Notes: generated by a model from the letters alone, not told the origin. Counted from the first letter of the stretch, positions 8,712 to 17,904 are shown. The stretch is 64,000 nt of DNA from Candidatus Woesearchaeota archaeon (GCA_964452525.1 CAYVLZ010000005.1:6979-70978); one strand, 5' to 3'. Made by a program: numbers and translations.

Positions 8712-9920
8712 ATGAAAATTTTGTATTTTCTCTTAGTAATCTTGGTAATCTTACCTTTTGTTAATGCAGATCCCTTGAGCTTTGATATTGCTAAGAATGC
8801 CTACATGCCTGGAGAAACTTTTCAAGCTGAGATTTTGTTTAATGTTGATCTTGAAGACGGTTTAAGCGTTTCTGACTTTGAGGTTTTGAAGGATGGAAAT
8901 GAAATTGAGGTAGCTTATTCTTTAATTGAATTAAATAGTAGTTATTATTATTTATATTTTGATATTCCTAATGATTTGGACGAAGGAAACTATACGTTGG
9001 TTATTAAGAATTTGGTATATGTTGAAGAAGGAGTTTTACTAGAAGAGAATTATGAAAGATCCCTTGAAATATTTAATAAGCAGGGAAAGGTTTTAGCTGT
9101 CTCCTCTGGGGTTATCGTTGTTGAAAATGTTTGGGACGAAAACATATTTGATTTTGAAGTTAGAAATAATGGTAATGAAACTGTGAATGTTGATATAAGT
9201 TCTTCTAGTTTTATTAAACTATCTAACCAAGAATTAACTATTGATTCTGGAGAAACTGAAAATTTTCAAATATTTGTTGATGCTTGGAACGACGAAATTA
9301 AAGGACATGTTGTTATAGGCTATGGTGGTTTTTATGATATTCTTATTTGGTTGCCTTATTTTGAAGAGGAAGAAGAAAGTATTGAGCAGGTTGATATAGC
9401 TTTTCTGAATATAGACGAGATTAACCAAACTTTGGATCTTGAGGAGGAAAGAAGCGGTCCATTAAAGATCAAGAATACGGGCTCAGTTACTTTACAAAAT
9501 CTTGTTTTTGGGGTAAGTGATGATCTACAGCAAGTACTTCGTATTAAGTTAGAGAATGTTGATTCTATTGGTCCTGGCGAAGTTGTTGATCAGTATGTTT
9601 GGATCAATGAAAGGGATGTTAATCCTGGGTTTTACTTTGGTTATCTAACTATAAGTAATGATCAGATAAGCAAGTCCTTGCCGGTGTCCATAAAATTGTT
9701 ATCGAAAGGTATTGGAGATGATAATGAAACAGTGGTAGTGGATGATGATTTGAATGGAACTACTGATTATAATTATAGTGAAGATGATTTTGTTGTTGAA
9801 GAAGAAAATAGTAGGGTTTGGATTTGGTTTTTGTTTATTTTTGTGCTTTTGCTTATATTGCTATTTGGTTTTGTTTTCTATAGAAAGAAGAAAAGAAAAC
9901 CTGTTTGGCCTATTTCTTAG
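8712..9920 (+). CDS. Surface protein with signal peptide and C-terminal TM anchor
   Basis: MKILYFLLVILVILPFVNA signal; C-terminus WIWFLFIFVLLLILLFGFVFY plus RKKKRK. Confidence 0.5.
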   Translation: MKILYFLLVILVILPFVNADPLSFDIAKNAYMPGETFQAEILFNVDLEDGLSVSDFEVLKDGNEIEVAYSLIELNSSYYYLYFDIPNDLDEGNYTLVIKNLVYVEEGVLLEENYERSLEIFNKQGKVLAVSSGVIVVENVWDENIFDFEVRNNGNETVNVDISSSSFIKLSNQELTIDSGETENFQIFVDAWNDEIKGHVVIGYGGFYDILIWLPYFEEEEESIEQVDIAFLNIDEINQTLDLEEERSGPLKIKNTGSVTLQNLVFGVSDDLQQVLRIKLENVDSIGPGEVVDQYVWINERDVNPGFYFGYLTISNDQISKSLPVSIKLLSKGIGDDNETVVVDDDLNGTTDYNYSEDDFVVEEENSRVWIWFLFIFVLLLILLFGFVFYRKKKRKPVWPIS

Positions 9921-10314
9921 CATCTTGTAGTTTTTTTTCTAATACTTTGTTCTTTATTGCTAGATTGCTGATAGTCATACTGTAATTGTGTAATCTTCTT
10001 AATAATTCATTAAGGAATTCTGATAATTCTACTTCCTTTAATGTGAAATCTTTTGGCTCTATTATCTCTATGGAGGAAGGCATAAAATTAAAAGAGAAGG
10101 CTATAAGAGATTGCATATCTTTTAGTTCTATCTTTATTTCCATAAAAGTAGACCACATCTTTTTTACTTCTTTTACCTCTGCTATTTCTTGTTCCAATAC
10201 TTTTACGTCTTTTAATTCCTTTATTTTCTCTAATACTTTTTTTGTTGATTCTTCTACATGTTCTTTTGGAAAACCAGCTATTTCTATAATTGTCCTTATT
10301 GTTATTTTCGCCAT
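9910..10314 (-). CDS. Hypothetical protein (alpha/beta N-domain plus C-terminal coiled coil)
   Basis: 134 aa; no diagnostic motif. Weak resemblance of the N-terminus to the UPF0201-type pattern only. Confidence 0.3.
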   Translation of the reverse strand: MAKITIRTIIEIAGFPKEHVEESTKKVLEKIKELKDVKVLEQEIAEVKEVKKMWSTFMEIKIELKDMQSLIAFSFNFMPSSIEIIEPKDFTLKEVELSEFLNELLRRLHNYSMTISNLAIKNKVLEKKLQDAKK

Positions 10315-11801
10315 TTTGTTTGAATTATTATCATAAGAATTAACAATACTACAAAAAAGTATATGGTTAATCCTTTTGATTTTGTTTTTGTTGATTCAAA
10401 GACTATGGAGGGGTTTATATTTGTTTCGGCAGCATTTAGATTTGTAGATATTGTTTTTGGACATTCTTTTATTGTTGATTCTGTTTCGGTTTCACATTCT
10501 TTTTCTATTTCTTTACACAAATCTTTGTTTATTCCTTTGAATTCTATTCTTTCTTTTTCTTTGGTGTCTAGGCCTTCCATTATTATGTAATATTCTCCAT
10601 CTTTGTATTTTGAATCACAGTTAGGGTATGTTTGTATTGGTATCGTAACTGTTGTGTTGATGAATTTTCTTTCTATATTTATCTTGCTTGTTTTGCTTAT
10701 TTTTTCTTCATCATCGTTTTCTATGAATATTTTAATGCTTTTTTTAGTTGTATCGCCTTTTGTTATTTCTAGTTTTGTTCTTATCATGTCGCCGAATTTC
10801 GCAATATCATCTGATCCCAGATAGATTTTACTTATTTCTACTTCTGATTCGTTTATATGTTCTTTATAGAAGTTTTCTTCATTTGGTGTTGGAATTGTTA
10901 GATACCATTTCCCTTCTATATTTGACCAGGAAACATCTTCTTTGCTGTTGCTGTAGCTTACCTCATCTATTATTTTTTCCAAGGGGTTGTATAAAGTAAT
11001 CTTATCTCCATCGTTATTGAGTTCGAGTTTTCCATCTTCGTTCCTATATATAACTAGATATTCTTTTGGTTTTATTACAGTTGTTTCTATAACATTTGTG
11101 TCCGATATTGCTAAGCCGTTTCCATAATTATCATTTATTATGAACCCTTCTAAGTCTATTTCATTATCTCCTTGATTATAGATTTCTATCCATTCTCCAT
11201 CAGGTATTGGAGCATCATCATAACCATATGGATCTGGAATAAATTCTGTTATTTGTAATTTGTATTCTGTAGAAAATAGGGAATTAGTAGATCCTGGAGT
11301 TGTTTGACATTCTTGCCAGAAACCCTCGCTGTCTGGAATCTTACATAGTGAAAATCCGTTCCCATTAGCACCCCAAAAATCAAAGTAATGGACGGCTTCT
11401 ACTATCTCTCCTTCAGTGTCTTTTAGAATTAAAACATCTCCTCCATTGTTTAATCCATTGGCTATCTTGGTGTTTTCACATACGTATATTGTTGCATTTA
11501 TATTTGTGTAATTAAATCCGGTGCCTACTATTAACATATGGTTAGAATCAATATGTTTTGCCTCTGTCAATGCATCGTTTCCATTTAAATCTTCTATTAC
11601 ATATCCGCTTAAATTTAAAGAATTTTCAGAAAAAATTTCTATGTATTCTGCATCATAACCGTTAGAGAGTGGATCGTACATAATTTCGTTAATAACAATC
11701 TCTGCTGATATTGTTTTAGTAAGAAGTATTACTATAAATAAGGATAAGAGCGTTTTAGTTCCATATGCCAGGTATTTTCTGTCCACAACTACATTTACCA
11801 C
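10302..11801 (-). CDS. Lamin-tail-domain (LTD) surface protein with two LTD repeats, Cys-rich module and C-terminal TM
   Basis: INEIMYDP...AEYIEIFSENS and ITEFIPDPYGYDDAPIPDGEWIEIYNQGDNEIDLEGFIIND match the LTD consensus (EIMYDP...EWIEIYN). C-terminal TM LTIYFFVVLLILMIIIQT. Confidence 0.65.
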   Translation of the reverse strand: MVNVVVDRKYLAYGTKTLLSLFIVILLTKTISAEIVINEIMYDPLSNGYDAEYIEIFSENSLNLSGYVIEDLNGNDALTEAKHIDSNHMLIVGTGFNYTNINATIYVCENTKIANGLNNGGDVLILKDTEGEIVEAVHYFDFWGANGNGFSLCKIPDSEGFWQECQTTPGSTNSLFSTEYKLQITEFIPDPYGYDDAPIPDGEWIEIYNQGDNEIDLEGFIINDNYGNGLAISDTNVIETTVIKPKEYLVIYRNEDGKLELNNDGDKITLYNPLEKIIDEVSYSNSKEDVSWSNIEGKWYLTIPTPNEENFYKEHINESEVEISKIYLGSDDIAKFGDMIRTKLEITKGDTTKKSIKIFIENDDEEKISKTSKINIERKFINTTVTIPIQTYPNCDSKYKDGEYYIIMEGLDTKEKERIEFKGINKDLCKEIEKECETETESTIKECPKTISTNLNAAETNINPSIVFESTKTKSKGLTIYFFVVLLILMIIIQTKWRK

Positions 11802-12753
11802 CCTTTAAGGTATTTTTGGGTTTTTGGTGGGAATCCCTTTCTATTAATAGCTTTTTGCATTTTGGGCAATATGTGCTTTCATTCTCTTTATTCTGGATAT
11901 TTCCTATATATACATGATTTAGATGCTTTTCGGCTTCTTTTTTAACTTTCTCTAAGTTTTCTGTGGGGGTAGGCATTTTATCCAACATTTTGTAGTGTGG
12001 AAAGAATCTAGATAGGTGTAAAGGAATCTCCCCAAGGTTTTCTTTGATCCATTTACACATCCTGTTAATTTCTTCTGTGCTATCATTTAATCCAGGAATT
12101 ATTAGCGTTGTTACTTCCAACCATACTTTTTTTCTCTTTAATATTTTTAACGATTCTAATACGGGTTCTAACGTTGCTGAACAGTATTTTTTGTAAAATT
12201 CCGTATTGAAGGATTTTATATCTATATTTGCAGCATCAAGATATTTACATAGTTTTGTTAAAGGTTCTTTATTTATGAAACCATTTGAAACTATTACATT
12301 TTTTATTTTATTCTTTTTAGATATTTTTGCTATCTCTAAAACATATTCATAGGATATCAAAGGTTCTGTGTAGGTATAAGATAGTGAAGGACATTTAGAC
12401 TCTTTGGCTAACTTGACTATTTTTTCTGAATTCATTTCTTTGCTTGGGATTTCTTCTGGTCCTTTTTGAGATATTTCAAAGTTTTGGCAATGTTGACATT
12501 TTAAATTACAACTGGCCATGCCCACTGAAAAAGTGTAGGTTCCTGGGAGAAAATGGAATAAGGGCTTTTTTTCAATTGGATCTAGGTGGATTGCAATTGG
12601 TTTGTTATAAGATAAAGTGTATAATTTTCCATCAATATTTTTTCTTACATTACATATTCCAAATTGATTGTTTGCTATCTTGCAGTTATGAGGGCATAGT
12701 TTGCACTGGATATGTTTGTTATTTGACTTTTCGTAGAAGATTGCTTGTTTCAT
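11755..12753 (-). CDS. amrS: AmmeMemoRadiSam-system radical SAM enzyme (AmrS; PFL-activating-enzyme-like)
   Basis: N-terminal CKLCPHNCKIANNQFGICNVRKNIDGKLYTLSY plus the radical-SAM cluster CNLKCQHCQN. 35-nt overlap with the hjc stop. Confidence 0.75.
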   Translation of the reverse strand: MKQAIFYEKSNNKHIQCKLCPHNCKIANNQFGICNVRKNIDGKLYTLSYNKPIAIHLDPIEKKPLFHFLPGTYTFSVGMASCNLKCQHCQNFEISQKGPEEIPSKEMNSEKIVKLAKESKCPSLSYTYTEPLISYEYVLEIAKISKKNKIKNVIVSNGFINKEPLTKLCKYLDAANIDIKSFNTEFYKKYCSATLEPVLESLKILKRKKVWLEVTTLIIPGLNDSTEEINRMCKWIKENLGEIPLHLSRFFPHYKMLDKMPTPTENLEKVKKEAEKHLNHVYIGNIQNKENESTYCPKCKKLLIERDSHQKPKNTLKGGKCSCGQKIPGIWN

Positions 12754-13138
12754 CTTTAATTAGATCTTCAAATCTTATTCCTTTTTTTTGGGCTAGAGTC
12801 AAGGATATAAAATCTACTCTGTTCTTTGTTTTTTCTATATCTCTTGCATGGATAAAAAACCATCCTTTGTTGTTAAATTTTACCCCAACCCAAGGATCGG
12901 CTCCGAATTTATTTGAAAAATCGGTTAATTGTTTGATTTCTCCTTCTTTGAAATATATTGTTGTGCCTTTTAGGGCTTTACATTCTATTGCTAAAGTTTT
13001 TTTGGTGTTTGATGTTATTAAATCCGGTGATGGAAGTGTTGTTGAGCCTGAGCCTGCTGACCTTACTGTGCAGAAATTAGCATTCCATAACATATGGAAT
13101 AGTTCACGTTCAGCTCTTGTCCCCTTTTTTTTCATCAA
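12719..13138 (-). CDS. hjc: Holliday junction resolvase Hjc
   Basis: GTRAERELFHMLWNANFCTVRSAGSGS...PDLI...ECK matches the archaeal Hjc catalytic motifs (E, SAGS, PD..ExK). Confidence 0.85.
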   Translation of the reverse strand: MMKKKGTRAERELFHMLWNANFCTVRSAGSGSTTLPSPDLITSNTKKTLAIECKALKGTTIYFKEGEIKQLTDFSNKFGADPWVGVKFNNKGWFFIHARDIEKTKNRVDFISLTLAQKKGIRFEDLIKDETSNLLRKVK

Positions 13139-13203
13139 ATAAAAGAAGTAGAACTAGATTAAATAATTTTTGAATTTAAAAATAAAAAACAAATAGAAAG
13201 ATA

Positions 13204-13368
13204 TCATAAGTCACGAGCTTGAACTGTTTTTCTTCCGTTAGACTCAGCTCTTTTAACGGCTTTTCCGATCAGACTTTTAACTTCTGTATCTAATGCTTCA
13301 GCGAAGTCTCCAGATACATTCATCCCTTTTGCTTCTTCTTTTACTTTTGCTTTTACAATTAAAGACAT
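13204..13368 (-). CDS. Small histone-fold-like protein (DUF1931-type), 54 aa; absent from the >=60-aa ORF track
   Basis: Minus-strand ORF MSLIVKAKVKEEAKGMNVSGDFAEALDTEVKSLIGKAVKRAESNGRKTVQARDL. The C-terminal A..R.....GRKTV....D resembles the archaeal histone L2/alpha3 region (AGRKTVKAEDI). Confidence 0.45.
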   Translation of the reverse strand: MSLIVKAKVKEEAKGMNVSGDFAEALDTEVKSLIGKAVKRAESNGRKTVQARDL

Positions 13369-13488
13369 ATTTATAACCTCCATTTGTATTTGCTTTTTCT
13401 ATTTTTCAGAAAGGTTACTAGTATATAAATCTTTTGAAAAAAATGCTAAATTTTGATAGTAGAAGCCTTGAGAATGAAGATTTAATTT

Positions 13489-13761
13489 TTAGAATATTAT
13501 TTCGAAAGATTTGAAATTTCCTACGTACTTTTCTATCTTTACATCAACACTTTCAACTTTAGATAGTAGAGGACCCTTTTTGCATACATTGATCAATCTT
13601 TTAACATTTTCATATTCACCTTCAGCTACTACCTCTACATGATTGTTTTTGTTTTTAACATATCCTTTTACATCTAGGGAATTGGCATTGGACTTTATCA
13701 AATATCTAAAACCAACTCCTTGGACGATTCCTTTTATGGTTATTTTTCTTCTTATTTTCAT
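13489..13761 (-). CDS. acyP: Acylphosphatase
   Basis: KGIVQGVGFRY signature at the N-terminus and a second motif GYVKNKNNHVEVVAEG. Confidence 0.8.
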   Translation of the reverse strand: MKIRRKITIKGIVQGVGFRYLIKSNANSLDVKGYVKNKNNHVEVVAEGEYENVKRLINVCKKGPLLSKVESVDVKIEKYVGNFKSFEIIF

Positions 13762-13786
13762 TATAAATAAAAAAAGGAAAAAAGTT

Positions 13787-14110
13787 TTATTTTTTAGCTA
13801 ATGAGAAAACGGATTTTAAAGCTACTATAACTGTTGCTGGTGCGAATAATTGTATCATTGCATTAAATATACCGTTAATAGCGCTAATTGTTGAGAAAAC
13901 TGATCCTCCGAATTGGCCTACGATTACCAATACAACTCCTGCTAATAAGAAGGGCTGTACTTCCTTATCTGTAATGTTTAGGAGACCAACTATTATACCC
14001 AAGACCAATAGTAGCCAAGAGATCGTTGATGTTATCCCTATGAATCCAAATATAATCGCTAAAATTACGCCTATTATGAATGCCCATGCACCTAATCTAC
14101 CTCCTACCAT
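13787..14110 (-). CDS. Small polytopic membrane protein (3 TM), hypothetical
   Basis: Hydrophobic throughout: AFIIGVILAIIFGFIGI, LLLVLGIIVGLL, LLAGVVLVIVGQFGG. Confidence 0.4.
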   Translation of the reverse strand: MVGGRLGAWAFIIGVILAIIFGFIGITSTISWLLLVLGIIVGLLNITDKEVQPFLLAGVVLVIVGQFGGSVFSTISAINGIFNAMIQLFAPATVIVALKSVFSLAKK

Positions 14111-14190
14111 TTTTCACCCCCTTTATCCTAATCTATATGGTATTTCTGGGTTTTTGATTATTTAAAGGTTTTGAGACTACATACAAGTCA

Positions 14191-15180
14191 TTAAACCTTT
14201 TTTGACGGGTATGTAGACCGAGGCAGGAATACCTTTATTGTTTTGGCAGTTATCCCTTTTTGTTTTTGTATTATTTCTTCTGATGAAATTCTTGCTTTTC
14301 CAAGGCATACTAATTCATTCTTGAGACTTAGGATTGCTATTAAATCATCTTTCTGGATTTTTGATTCTATTTTTGAAATTCCGGGGATGGCTAAATCTGC
14401 TCCATGACATATGCTGTCCACTGTAGAATCTGTGATCCATATTTTTGGTAGATGCGATGTAGCAAATTCTAAAGGAACTATTATTCTTTTTAGTTCTTTT
14501 TCATTCCCTTTTTTGTAGATCTCATAAGCGTCTTTTAAGTCGTGTAGAGAGTGCCAATCTTTGTCTTTGAATGGTCCTGCTTTTGTTCTTATTAATGAGG
14601 ACATGTGCGCCTTTGTATTTAATTTAAGACCGAAATCATGACAGAATTTTCGTACATAGAATCCTGCTTCTGATCCTATTTTAAAGAGTACGTCTTTATC
14701 TTTTATTTCTAATATCTTTAAGTAGTAGATTTCCCTTTCCCTTAATCTTCTTTTTACAGCACTCTTTATTGGAGGTAGTTGTTTTATTTTACCTATGAAT
14801 TCTTGAGTTGTGTTGTGTATTTTTTCTTCTGGAATTTTTTTATGTATGTGCATTACTCCAATGTATTCTTTTCCAGCTTTTAGAAGAACCTGAGTTATTC
14901 TTGTTGCTTTATTTAGAGCTATGGGAAGGACGCCCGTAACGTGAGGATCTAGAGACCCTGAATGGCCTACTTTTTCTGAATTTAGGATTTTTTTAACATA
15001 GTCCGAAGTTTGATGTGATGTTGGGCCTTCTGGTTTATTTAAATTAATTACTCCATAATCTAATAGTTGTTGTATGCTTCTTTTTTTTGGGCAAGTTCCA
15101 TATTTTTCTGAAATTTCGGACTCTTTTTTTATTAGAATTTCTCTTTTGGTTTTTTCGAAAGGTAATTTTTCTTCCATCAT
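14191..15180 (-). CDS. cbf5: tRNA/rRNA pseudouridine synthase Cbf5 (H/ACA RNP catalytic subunit)
   Basis: TruB motifs NLNKPEGPTSH and GHSGSLDPHVTGVLP (catalytic Asp), with a C-terminal PUA-like region. Confidence 0.85.
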   Translation of the reverse strand: MMEEKLPFEKTKREILIKKESEISEKYGTCPKKRSIQQLLDYGVINLNKPEGPTSHQTSDYVKKILNSEKVGHSGSLDPHVTGVLPIALNKATRITQVLLKAGKEYIGVMHIHKKIPEEKIHNTTQEFIGKIKQLPPIKSAVKRRLREREIYYLKILEIKDKDVLFKIGSEAGFYVRKFCHDFGLKLNTKAHMSSLIRTKAGPFKDKDWHSLHDLKDAYEIYKKGNEKELKRIIVPLEFATSHLPKIWITDSTVDSICHGADLAIPGISKIESKIQKDDLIAILSLKNELVCLGKARISSEEIIQKQKGITAKTIKVFLPRSTYPSKKV

Positions 15181-15203
15181 CTTATTAGGTAGAACTAGCT
15201 GAT

Positions 15204-15638
15204 TTAATCTTTTTTATTTGTTTTCTTTTCTTTTTTAATTTCTTCTTTAGGTTTTATTTTTTCTTTCTTATCGGTTTTTTCTACCTTCTTTTCTTTTGGT
15301 TCTTCGGGTTTTTTGTCTTGTTTAACTTCTTTCTTTTCTTCTTTCTTAGATTTCTTATCTTCTTCTTTTTTTGAAGTTTCGAAGGGAATATCTATTAATT
15401 CTACTTTTGCTATGTTACCTTCTTTCATAGTATGGACTTTTATTCTTGCTGGAGGGTTCTTTCTTCCGTGTTTCCATAATTCTAGATTTAGTTTTGATCC
15501 TATTTTTACATCATCTGTTTTCATATGTCTTTTAATGAAAGAGCGTACTGCTGTAACAGCCCTTTTAGTTCTTTTGTAGTTTGGAGCTTTTAAGAATTCT
15601 TTTCTTAAAGGTATTGTGTAAATTCTTTCTTCTGCCAT
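15204..15638 (-). CDS. rpl31e: Ribosomal protein L31e with K/E-rich C-terminal extension
   Basis: MAEERIYTIPLRKEFLKAPNYKRTKRAVTAVRSFIKRH matches L31e; the C-terminal roughly 50 aa are a Lys/Glu-rich low-complexity tail. Confidence 0.8.
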   Translation of the reverse strand: MAEERIYTIPLRKEFLKAPNYKRTKRAVTAVRSFIKRHMKTDDVKIGSKLNLELWKHGRKNPPARIKVHTMKEGNIAKVELIDIPFETSKKEEDKKSKKEEKKEVKQDKKPEEPKEKKVEKTDKKEKIKPKEEIKKEKKTNKKD

Positions 15639-15640
15639 TT

Positions 15641-15814
15641 TTATGCTTTGGTTTTAGTTCTTCTCCAGCTTCTTTTTCTTGTAGTTTCCCTTGAAGGGTG
15701 TATTCTTCTCCCTGGACGATATATCTTAGGAATTATCCAAAAAGGGGCCCATTTAGTTTGTTTGGCCTTCTTTGCTAGTCTTTTCTTTTTAGCTCTTGGT
15801 TTGTATCTTGCCAT
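15641..15814 (-). CDS. rpl39e: Ribosomal protein L39e (57 aa); not in the ORF track
   Basis: Minus-strand translation MARYKPRAKKKRLAKKAKQTKWAPFWIIPKIYRPGRRIHPSRETTRKRSWRRTKTKA, the L39e pattern (MARxKPxAKKxRLAKAxKQNxxxPxW). Confidence 0.8.
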   Translation of the reverse strand: MARYKPRAKKKRLAKKAKQTKWAPFWIIPKIYRPGRRIHPSRETTRKRSWRRTKTKA

Positions 15815-16095
15815 TATCTTCTAGATATTTTAAATTCTTTTTTTGGACCTTGAATTTGTTTTAAAAGGTCTTTTAGCTGGTTATCGTTTATTTTTTCTTT
15901 TAACTGTCCTGATTGAACTGCTTGAACTATTATAGCAATTATATTTACTGCTAATTCTGGATGTGCAGTTTTAATGTTTCCATATCTCGTTATTGCTTCT
16001 TTTGTTAGGTGTTGTTTTGCTATATCTTCAAGTTGTTTTATTTGTTGTTGGAGCTTCAATCTTTCTTGGAGCTCCTTTATCTTTTCTTGTTCCAT
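15814..16095 (-). CDS. PDCD5/TFAR19-family dsDNA-binding protein
   Basis: Coiled N-terminus, then HLTKEAITRYGNIKTAHPELAVNIIAIIVQAVQSGQLKEKINDNQLKDLLKQI...KKEFKISRR. The family also typically sits between S19e and L39e in archaea. Confidence 0.75.
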   Translation of the reverse strand: MEQEKIKELQERLKLQQQIKQLEDIAKQHLTKEAITRYGNIKTAHPELAVNIIAIIVQAVQSGQLKEKINDNQLKDLLKQIQGPKKEFKISRR

Positions 16096-16498
16096 TCTCA
16101 GATTTTTTTAATAATAAAATACCTTCCTTGGTAATTATTCGGCCTTTGTGACCTTTCTTTTTTGTTTGTTTTACTAGACCTGCTTTTTCTAATTGTTGTA
16201 ATATCTTTCTGGTTATATTTCCAGATCCTTTGAATACTTTTTCGGGTTTGTATCCTCTGTTTTTCTTTCCACCATATTTTCTTCTTAGTTTTGATACTCC
16301 TATTGGGCCTAGATTAGCTGTTTTGTTTAGTATCGAGGCTGCTCTTGTATACCACCAGTCTTTTTCTATGGGTGGGCGTTCTTTGTGATGGCCTGTTTTA
16401 CAGTATTTTGACCATTCTAGAGGTTTAATAGAGTCTATTTTCTTTAATTCTTGAGTAGTTTTTTTTATTAATTCTTCGTTAGGAATATCATGAACCAT
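16028..16498 (-). CDS. rps19e: Ribosomal protein S19e
   Basis: WWYTRAASILNKTANLGPIGVSKLRRKYGGKKNRGYKPEKVFKGSGNITRKILQQLEKAGLV matches S19e. The basic C-terminal tail overlaps the downstream ORF by 68 nt. Confidence 0.85.
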   Translation of the reverse strand: MVHDIPNEELIKKTTQELKKIDSIKPLEWSKYCKTGHHKERPPIEKDWWYTRAASILNKTANLGPIGVSKLRRKYGGKKNRGYKPEKVFKGSGNITRKILQQLEKAGLVKQTKKKGHKGRIITKEGILLLKKSENGTRKDKGAPRKIEAPTTNKTT

Positions 16499-16533
16499 AG
16501 CTCAGAGATAATTATATTGTTTTAAAAAGTTTT

Positions 16534-17904
16534 CTATTCTGTTTTGATTTTGGGCCCTTTTGCTGTATCTTCTATGATTATGCCTTTTTTCTTTAATCTG
16601 GTTCTTATTTCGTCTGCTTTTTTGTAATCTTTGTTTTTCCTTGCTTTTTCCCTATCCTCCATTAGTTTTTTGATTTCTTTAGTCACTTTTACATTTTCTT
16701 TCTTGAATAAGTCTAGAGCAAGTATTTTATCCATTTCTTTTATTGTATTTTTTTTCCCTTGCGCTTTTTTGTCTCTTACAAGTTTCCATAATAGGGAGAG
16801 AGCCTTTGGCATATCTAAATCATCGTTTACGGCTTTTTTGAATTCTTTTAGGTATTTTTGATTTGTTTTTTTATCATCTTTTGTTTCTGAGATTATATTT
16901 TTAAGTCGTTTGTAAGCATTTTCGGCGTTCTTTAGAGTTTTATTGCCGAATGCTAATTGGGTTCTGTAGTGTGCAGTTAAACATAGATATCTGTAACTTA
17001 AAGGGTTATAATCTTTTTTCTCTAACTTCGATAAAGTATAGAGGTCTCCTTTGCTTTTTGCCATCTTTTGACCTTTAAATAGTAACCAGGAAGCATGTAA
17101 CCAATATTTTACGAATTTCTTTCCTGTTGCAGCTTCGCTTTGTGCTATCTCGTTAGTGTGGTGGATTGGAACGTGTTCTTCTCCTCCGGTGTGTATGTCT
17201 ATTGTCTCTCCGAGATACTTCATTGACATGGCTGAACATTCCAGGTGCCATCCTGGGAATCCTTTACCCCATGGTGATGGCCATTGCATTATGTGTTTTG
17301 GTTGATTTGTTATCCATAATGCAAAATCAGAAGGATTTTTCCTTTCAGGATCTTCCTTAACTCTTGCTCCTTTTTTGAGGTCTTTTAGTTTTAATTTTGC
17401 TAGTTTATCATAGTCTTTGAATTTAGAAGTATCAAAAGTTAAACCTACTTTTGTTTTGTAAGTGTAGTTGTTTTTTTCTATTCTTTTTATAAGGTTAATC
17501 ATGTCCTGGATGTGTTCTGTAGCTTTGCTCCATATGTTTGGTTCTTTGATATTTAATTTTTTAAGATCCTTTTTGAATACCTCTGTGTATTTATTTGCTA
17601 ATTTTAACATTGAATCTTTTGTCAGGGGGAGGTTTTCTCTTTTTAGAGCTTTAACCATCTTGTCTTCTCCTTCATCAGCATCACTAGTAAGATGACCAAC
17701 ATCAGTGATATTCATTACATGTTTTGTTTTATATTTATTGTATTCTAGAACTCTTTTTAGGATATCTACAAAGATGTACGTTCTTAAATTGCCTATGTGT
17801 TGATACCAGTAGACGGTAGGTCCACAACTATATATCGTAGCTATACCTTTTTTTAGTGGTTTAAATTCTTCTTTTTTTCTTGTTAATGTGTTGTAGAGTT
17901 TCAT
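16534..17904 (-). CDS. cysS: Cysteinyl-tRNA synthetase
   Basis: YSCGPTVYWYQHIGNLRTY (HIGH-type) and KMAKSKGD (KMSKS); 456 aa. Confidence 0.85.
   Translation of the reverse strand: MKLYNTLTRKKEEFKPLKKGIATIYSCGPTVYWYQHIGNLRTYIFVDILKRVLEYNKYKTKHVMNITDVGHLTSDADEGEDKMVKALKRENLPLTKDSMLKLANKYTEVFKKDLKKLNIKEPNIWSKATEHIQDMINLIKRIEKNNYTYKTKVGLTFDTSKFKDYDKLAKLKLKDLKKGARVKEDPERKNPSDFALWITNQPKHIMQWPSPWGKGFPGWHLECSAMSMKYLGETIDIHTGGEEHVPIHHTNEIAQSEAATGKKFVKYWLHASWLLFKGQKMAKSKGDLYTLSKLEKKDYNPLSYRYLCLTAHYRTQLAFGNKTLKNAENAYKRLKNIISETKDDKKTNQKYLKEFKKAVNDDLDMPKALSLLWKLVRDKKAQGKKNTIKEMDKILALDLFKKENVKVTKEIKKLMEDREKARKNKDYKKADEIRTRLKKKGIIIEDTAKGPKIKTE

Noticed and set aside
12444-13142. 232-aa plus-strand ORF
   Set aside because: Antisense to the strongly supported amrS and hjc genes; hydrophobic, low-complexity translation typical of AT-rich antisense frames.
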